From Polyangiaceae bacterium (GTDB lineage: Bacteria > Myxococcota_A > Polyangia > Polyangiales > Polyangiaceae): a stretch of DNA of 34,687 bases. The notes under the pieces are model-generated. The model did not search any database, was not told the origin of the DNA, and saw nothing but the letters and a program-made list of their open reading frames with translations. Positions 30,139 to 34,687 of the stretch are shown here, piece after piece; position 1 is the first letter of the stretch; every line of letters begins with the position of its first letter. The stretch is from contig JBGANF010000008.1 in the NCBI GenBank assembly GCA_044222475.1, forward strand, positions 1 through 34,687. The letters are read 5' to 3'. The translations under genes were made by a program, and so were the position numbers.

Positions 30139-30542
30139 CCCGCCAGGAATCGGGTGCGAATGTCGGGCGTGGGCACGCGGCACGTGTCGCTCTTGCCGAA
30201 CAGTCGGTAGCGGTTCTTCGCGATCACGACGTACACGAGGTCGCGCAGGAACCACGGGACCACGATGAACGCGAACATCACCTTCCAAGGGCTCGCCAGC
30301 CGGCGCGCGATCCGAAGCGCGGCGCCGCTGCGCTGGTACGCGTGCTCGCCGTCGATGAGGACGATCGTGTCGGGATCACCCTCGGGGACCTTCAACCCGT
30401 GTTTGCGCAGCAGATCCTTGGCGACGTCGGACTGAAGCGGCGCGAACTGAAACTGCTTCTCGGGATCGCGGTCGATGATGAAGTTGACCGACGCGTTGCA
30501 GAAGTTGCAGACACCGTCGAAGAGCACGATCCGGTCGGGCAT
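30135..30542 (-). CDS. Thiol-disulfide oxidoreductase DCC family (DUF393)
   Basis: MPDRIVLFDGVCNFCNASVNFIIDRDP is the DCC/DUF393 signature with a CxxC pair. ~135 aa. Confidence 0.7.
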   Translation of the reverse strand: MPDRIVLFDGVCNFCNASVNFIIDRDPEKQFQFAPLQSDVAKDLLRKHGLKVPEGDPDTIVLIDGEHAYQRSGAALRIARRLASPWKVMFAFIVVPWFLRDLVYVVIAKNRYRLFGKSDTCRVPTPDIRTRFLAG

Positions 30543-30566
30543 GGCAGCTACGAAACCGTAGCCCAA

Positions 30567-32393
30567 TCAGCGGGTCCGCGCCTCGACGGTGGCGATCGTG
30601 TCGTCGAGGGCCGAGTCCTTGCGCATGCACGACCAACAGTCGTTCATCCCGAGGAACCCGCACCCGTTCGTCGACCGCATCGCCTTGAGGGTCACTAGAG
30701 AGTGGGCGTCGCCGATCTCCTTCACCCGATCGAGCATCGCGTAGCGTGCGTCACACGTCTTGGTCGCCTTGAGATCGATCGCGAGGGCTGCAGCCGGGCT
30801 CGCGTGGGCCCGCACCTCGGGCTTGGCGAGGCTCTTGTTCAGCCGGGTCTTCGTCGCGTTCGCGACCCCGGGTTTGGCCAGGAGATCGAGCATCAGGTCG
30901 ACGCCATCGCTGCCGAGCGGTCCTTCCATGACGTCGATGGCGGCGTCGAGATCGGCTGGCGTGCCGGTCGCGGCGGCGAGGATCGCGTTCTCGACGTCGG
31001 GGCTCTTTCCCGCGGTCGGGTCCGCCGTCGCCCACCGCCGCACGGCGCCCATCGCCGCGTCGTGCTTGTCTTCGTGGGTGTAGGCGACCACGAGCGCATG
31101 CAAGATCCGCGGGTCCTTCGGGGCTTTCGTCGCGAGGCGCTCGAGCGCGGCGGATCCCGATGCGGAGGCAGTCGCGACGTCGTCGTCGTCGATGCTCCGC
31201 TCGGTCGGCGGGGGTTTCGGAGTCGGTGCCGTTCCGCTCGCGCTGCTCGCCGGCGATCGCCCGGCGTGGGTGGCGACGACGATGCCGATCACGAGAAGCG
31301 GGACGACGAGCACGGCCGCCGCGATCGCGGCGAGCACGGGAGGTCGGAGCGCGCGCAGTTGCGGCGGCAGCTTGGAGTGCAGCGTCGCGACTTGCACCCC
31401 GAGGCTCGGCGCGGTGGCCGGCGGCATCGTCCCCGCGACGGTCGGTGCGACCCCGCTCACTGCGGCCTGTTGCCCCGAAAGAAGGCGAGGGTTGCTCATC
31501 GGCGCCGACACCGAGGTCGCCGACGGTGTCTCGCTCGGCACCAATGCGTCGAGCGCCGCCGCGAGCGCCTTCGCGTCGGGGAAGCGCGCGTCCGGATCCT
31601 TCTGGAGCAGCCGCGCCACGATCGCACCCACCTCGGGCGACGCGCCCGGCGCCAGCGTCGAGAGCGGCGGCGGCGGATCGTTCGCGTGCATGAGGAGCAA
31701 GCGCACCGGCTCGTCGGCCTCGAACGGCCGCCGTCCCGAGAGCATCTCGAACAAGATGACGCCGAGCGCGTAGAGGTCCGCGCGCGCGTCGACGGGCCGA
31801 CCCAACGCCTGCTCGGGGGAGATGTACTCGGGCGTACCGAAGACGACGCCGAGCTGAGTGAGCGGCACGCCCGGCTTGGCGGACGACACCCCGAGCTCGC
31901 CCTGGAGCTTCGCGATGCCGAAGTCGAGCACCTTCACCTGCTCGCCGCCGTCGCGCGCGACGAGCATCACGTTCTCGGGCTTGAGATCCCGGTGGACGAC
32001 ACCGAGCTCGTGCGCGCGCGCGACCGCGCTGGTCATCTGCTTCATGAGCGAGATCGCTCGTGCCTCGGTGAAAGCCCCTTGGTCGAGGGCGCTGCGGAGG
32101 CTGCGCCCTTCGATGTACTCGAGGACCATGAAGAAGGTCCCGTCGTCGGTTCGGCCCGAGTCCGAGGCGGCGACGACGTTGGGGTGATCGATGTGGGCCG
32201 CGGCGATCGCCTCGCGCTCGAAGCGCGCGAGCACCTCGGCGTTGCCGCTCATCTCACGGTGGAGCACCTTGAGCGCCATCCGCTTCCGCATGGCGATGTG
32301 CTCGACGACGTACACCGCCCCCATTCCACCCTCACCGAGGGCGGAGAGGACGCGGTAGCGGCCGTCGATGATCGATCCGGGTTCGAGCGCCAA
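30567..32393 (-). CDS. Serine/threonine protein kinase with TM segment and C-terminal extracytoplasmic Cys-containing domain
   Basis: Hanks kinase motifs GEGGMGAVY, ALKVL (Lys), HRDLKPENVML, DFG and GTPEYISPE. A Pro/Ala-rich linker, then the TM helix LAAIAAAVLVVPLLVIGIVVA, then a ~230 aa C-terminal domain. TTG start. Confidence 0.85.
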   Translation of the reverse strand: MALEPGSIIDGRYRVLSALGEGGMGAVYVVEHIAMRKRMALKVLHREMSGNAEVLARFEREAIAAAHIDHPNVVAASDSGRTDDGTFFMVLEYIEGRSLRSALDQGAFTEARAISLMKQMTSAVARAHELGVVHRDLKPENVMLVARDGGEQVKVLDFGIAKLQGELGVSSAKPGVPLTQLGVVFGTPEYISPEQALGRPVDARADLYALGVILFEMLSGRRPFEADEPVRLLLMHANDPPPPLSTLAPGASPEVGAIVARLLQKDPDARFPDAKALAAALDALVPSETPSATSVSAPMSNPRLLSGQQAAVSGVAPTVAGTMPPATAPSLGVQVATLHSKLPPQLRALRPPVLAAIAAAVLVVPLLVIGIVVATHAGRSPASSASGTAPTPKPPPTERSIDDDDVATASASGSAALERLATKAPKDPRILHALVVAYTHEDKHDAAMGAVRRWATADPTAGKSPDVENAILAAATGTPADLDAAIDVMEGPLGSDGVDLMLDLLAKPGVANATKTRLNKSLAKPEVRAHASPAAALAIDLKATKTCDARYAMLDRVKEIGDAHSLVTLKAMRSTNGCGFLGMNDCWSCMRKDSALDDTIATVEARTR

Positions 32394-32453
32394 GGGACCA
32401 CGAACCTACCACGTGCCGTTTTGAAACGTTCCGTGCGCCGGTCGTTTCACAAT

Positions 32454-32488
32454 GGACGCGGTCAGGACGCGGTCAGGACGCGCTCAGG
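32454..32488. promoter_or_regulatory. Three tandem 11-nt repeats (GACGCGGTCAG, GACGCGGTCAG, GACGCGCTCAG) plus nearby inverted repeat GAAACG-N14-CGTTTC in the PilZ-to-kinase intergenic region
   Basis: Seen directly in the sequence, within the 90-nt region upstream of the kinase TTG start. Its function is only inferred. Confidence 0.35.
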
Positions 32489-32822
32489 TTCCGTGCAGCC
32501 GCATCGGTTGGCGCAGGGTCATGAATGCCTCGATCGCCCGTCGAGCCGAGTCGCTCAGGTCGACGAACTCGAGTCCGACGCCGACCACGCGCCCGCGCTC
32601 GCGCTGCTCCCACGTCGCACGCGCGTTCACCCGCAAGTTCCGCTTCAGAAAGCGCAGATCGATCGAGATCGTGGTCCCGAGCGGAATCTTCGCGCTCGTC
32701 TCGATGAACAGTCCGCCTGTGGATATGTCCCGCGTGTGCCCGCGGAAGAAGTTGTGTCCACAGGAGAAGTCGAGATCGACTCGCAGGTAGAGGCGAGCAT
32801 GCTGGCGGCGATCGGAGCTCAC
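32484..32822 (-). CDS. PilZ domain protein (putative c-di-GMP receptor)
   Basis: N-terminal RRQHAR (RxxxR) and DISTGGLF (DxSxGG) motifs at PilZ spacing. 112 aa. GTG start. Confidence 0.7.
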   Translation of the reverse strand: MSSDRRQHARLYLRVDLDFSCGHNFFRGHTRDISTGGLFIETSAKIPLGTTISIDLRFLKRNLRVNARATWEQRERGRVVGVGLEFVDLSDSARRAIEAFMTLRQPMRLHGT

Positions 32823-32855
32823 GGCGACGGAGCCTGCACGCGCCGTGCCGGGCGT

Positions 32856-33506
32856 TCAGTTCCCTGCGTAGCCCGTCTCCACCTTGGCGCGGAAGCGCGT
32901 GAGCATGATGCGGACGCCGTCGACCAACTGCGGGACGAGCCAAGCGCGCGGCAGCGGGAGCTTGGGATCGGCGAGCAACTCGATCTGCGCGAGCGTCTCG
33001 TTCGGACCGTCGGCCACGAGTCGCCAGCTGATGCGGAGGTCGTCGAGGTTTCCGTCGACTTCGTCTCCGCGATACGCGTGCGTGCCGGCGTCGCTGGCGA
33101 CTGGGCGAAAGCGCACGACCGCCCACACGTACTCGTGCATGAACGTGGGTATGCGCAGGTAGACATCGGTCGCATCCATGTCGGGGTGGCGATCGACGAC
33201 GGTGCTCTGCTCGATCTCGGGATCGAGATCCTTGATCTCGCCGAACCGGAGGGCGACGCGGTAGGCGTCTTCGAGCGGAGCGTGCACCCGCACCCACCCG
33301 CCGACCGTCGGCATGGAGCTCTCGGGATCGACGGTGCGATGCACGTACGTCTTCGCGACGTCGGTGATCGTCGCGCCCGCCGGCGGTGGCGGGGGTCGGA
33401 TGGAGGAAGCCGAGGTCGACGGTGCGCCCGTCGTCGGCGCCTCCACGTGAGCTGCGCAGGCGAGCGCGCACGCGGCGAGCATCACGACCGAGCGCGGGGC
33501 GCGCAT
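32856..33506 (-). CDS. Secreted/lipoprotein hypothetical protein (possible SRPBCC/START-like fold)
   Basis: Signal peptide with LAACALAC. Protein-like mature region. Fold guess is low confidence. Confidence 0.45.
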   Translation of the reverse strand: MRAPRSVVMLAACALACAAHVEAPTTGAPSTSASSIRPPPPPAGATITDVAKTYVHRTVDPESSMPTVGGWVRVHAPLEDAYRVALRFGEIKDLDPEIEQSTVVDRHPDMDATDVYLRIPTFMHEYVWAVVRFRPVASDAGTHAYRGDEVDGNLDDLRISWRLVADGPNETLAQIELLADPKLPLPRAWLVPQLVDGVRIMLTRFRAKVETGYAGN

Positions 33507-33513
33507 CGGCGCG

Positions 33514-34687
33514 CTAGCTCGCCCCGACTTGGCTCAAGCGTCGTTCGAGGTTCGACACCAAATCGGAGGACGGGTTGCGTGCGCGCTCCAGCTTGAGCGC
33601 GACCTCGAAGGCGGTGTGGGCCGCTTGTTTCTCTTCGAGGTGCAGCCGAGCGACGCCCAGCATCTCGTAGTCGGCGGGGTCGGCGTGTGCGTCGATCAGC
33701 GCTTGGATCCGGTCGACTGCGGCGTGGAACGCAGCGCTCACGGGCTCGGTTCGTACGGCGGGCGGCTTGGCGAGGAGAAGCATCTTGATGGCTTGACGCT
33801 GATCGTCGGGTCGGTATTGGGTGAAAGATCCCGCGCGCAGCAAATCCGCGTACTGCTGGTAGCCATCGTCGGTGCGGCCGCTCTTCAGGACGAGGACGAT
33901 CTTCTTCACCGCCTCGACGAAGCGCTCGTCGCGGCCCTCGCTCGGGGGCGACGCAGATGCCGGTGCCGTCGACGGGCGCGGCACCGCGTTCGGCGGCGGG
34001 GGCGTCGAAGGCTTCACGCTGACCGGCGCAGCGGGTGGAGGAGCGGGCGGAGGCGTCGACGGCTTCGCGTTCACGGCGGGCGGCGGCGGAGTCGAAGGCT
34101 TCGGGCTCACCACCGTCGGCGGCGGGGGAGGAGGAGGGGGCGGCTTCGCGGCCGGCGGCGGAGGAGGAGGCGGAGGGGGAGGCGGCTTCGCGGCCGGCGG
34201 AGGTCGCGGCGGGACCGGAGGGGGCTGCGGCTTCGAGATGGCGATCTCCGCGCGCGACACCGGCGTATTGCCCGACGCCGCCGGCGAGTCGGAGGCGGGT
34301 CGCGGACCGTCGTCGAGGGCGAGCGGCGCGAAGAGCGCTTGGGTCTCGGGCGGGAGCACGCCGTACTTCTCGCGCAGAGTGGACTTCGCCATGAAGAACT
34401 CTTCGCGTCGGTCGTCGGCGAGGGCGCGACGCAGCACGAGCTCGGAAGGCATGAGCGAACGCGCGCTGATCTCGCGCACGATCGGCGCGAGCATCGCCAC
34501 GAGACGCTCCACGAGCGGCGCGAACCGAGGCAACTCGCGCACGCTGGCGCCGTCGAGCGCAGCCTCGGTGAGTCGACCGTGGTCGAGCGTCGCGGCATCG
34601 AGTCGAAGCTTCTCGGCGATCTCGATGAGGGTCGCCGCGTCTTCGGGGTGCACGTCGAACGGGCCGCCTGCGCCGTCGTCCGGGCCG
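33514..34687 (-). CDS. Hypothetical protein with long polyproline/AKPPPP linker and helical C-terminal domain; 5' end probably outside the window
   Basis: The frame stays open upstream of the GTG at 34653, to the window edge. A central PPPAAKPPPPPPPPPPPAAKPPPPPPPPP tract is flanked by helical domains. Confidence 0.5.
   Translation of the reverse strand, partial: GPDDGAGGPFDVHPEDAATLIEIAEKLRLDAATLDHGRLTEAALDGASVRELPRFAPLVERLVAMLAPIVREISARSLMPSELVLRRALADDRREEFFMAKSTLREKYGVLPPETQALFAPLALDDGPRPASDSPAASGNTPVSRAEIAISKPQPPPVPPRPPPAAKPPPPPPPPPPPAAKPPPPPPPPPTVVSPKPSTPPPPAVNAKPSTPPPAPPPAAPVSVKPSTPPPPNAVPRPSTAPASASPPSEGRDERFVEAVKKIVLVLKSGRTDDGYQQYADLLRAGSFTQYRPDDQRQAIKMLLLAKPPAVRTEPVSAAFHAAVDRIQALIDAHADPADYEMLGVARLHLEEKQAAHTAFEVALKLERARNPSSDLVSNLERRLSQVGAS

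Noticed and set aside
30702-33596. 964-aa + strand ORF spanning the kinase/PilZ region
   Set aside because: Antisense to four well-supported - strand genes, with an RG/RR-rich translation.
1-34687. CRISPR arrays, IS elements, integrases, phage genes, toxin-antitoxin pairs
   Set aside because: No spaced direct repeats of CRISPR type, no transposase/integrase/recombinase-like ORFs, no terminal inverted repeats and no tRNA attachment sites were seen. The window looks like core or semi-core chromosome rather than a mobile island.

Overview
This is a very GC-rich (~70%) bacterial chromosomal window whose gene content and codon bias look Myxococcota-like. Only one frame per locus gives protein-like sequence; the long ORFs on the opposite strand are GC-composition artefacts. 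Twenty-six genes are called, with no rRNA, tRNA, CRISPR or mobile element found. (1) 1-7743 (+): primosomal helicase priA (5' truncated by the window edge), a RimJ-like GNAT acetyltransferase, a ComF-family phosphoribosyltransferase, then a translationally coupled cassette of exported proteins (DUF4339/GYF-like membrane protein, PKPPPTATT-repeat lipoprotein, Cys-rich protein with a putative myxobacterial metal-binding Cys motif, small Cys-rich protein). (2) 7751-9933 (-): a short DsbD-like disulfide reductase (CcdA-type TM domain fused to thioredoxin) and a TPR-like protein. (3) 10021-10634 (+): two tandem, overlapping, paralogous 5-Cys mini-lipoproteins. (4) 10639-34687 (-): an uninterrupted ~24 kb co-directional array. 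In transcription order: Pro-rich protein (partial), secreted protein, PilZ, Ser/Thr kinase, DCC thiol-disulfide oxidoreductase, membrane protein, SAM methyltransferase, PLP aminotransferase, phosphodiester-glycosidase-like lipoprotein, ECF sigma factor, ZAS-type anti-sigma factor, STN-plus-bactofilin-like beta-helix membrane protein, a single 12.08 kb ORF for a 4026-aa all-helical TPR-like giant protein, glyQ (no glyS nearby), and a small Cys lipoprotein. Many junctions are 4-nt ATGA/GTGA start-stop overlaps. The most unusual content is the giant TPR ORF fused into an operon with glyQ and placed directly behind an ECF sigma/anti-sigma/novel-architecture membrane protein module, and the kinase-headed redox/modification operon. 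A one-position inconsistency in my reading of the sequence listing near 23960 means nt-level coordinates are taken from the ORF track plus codon arithmetic.
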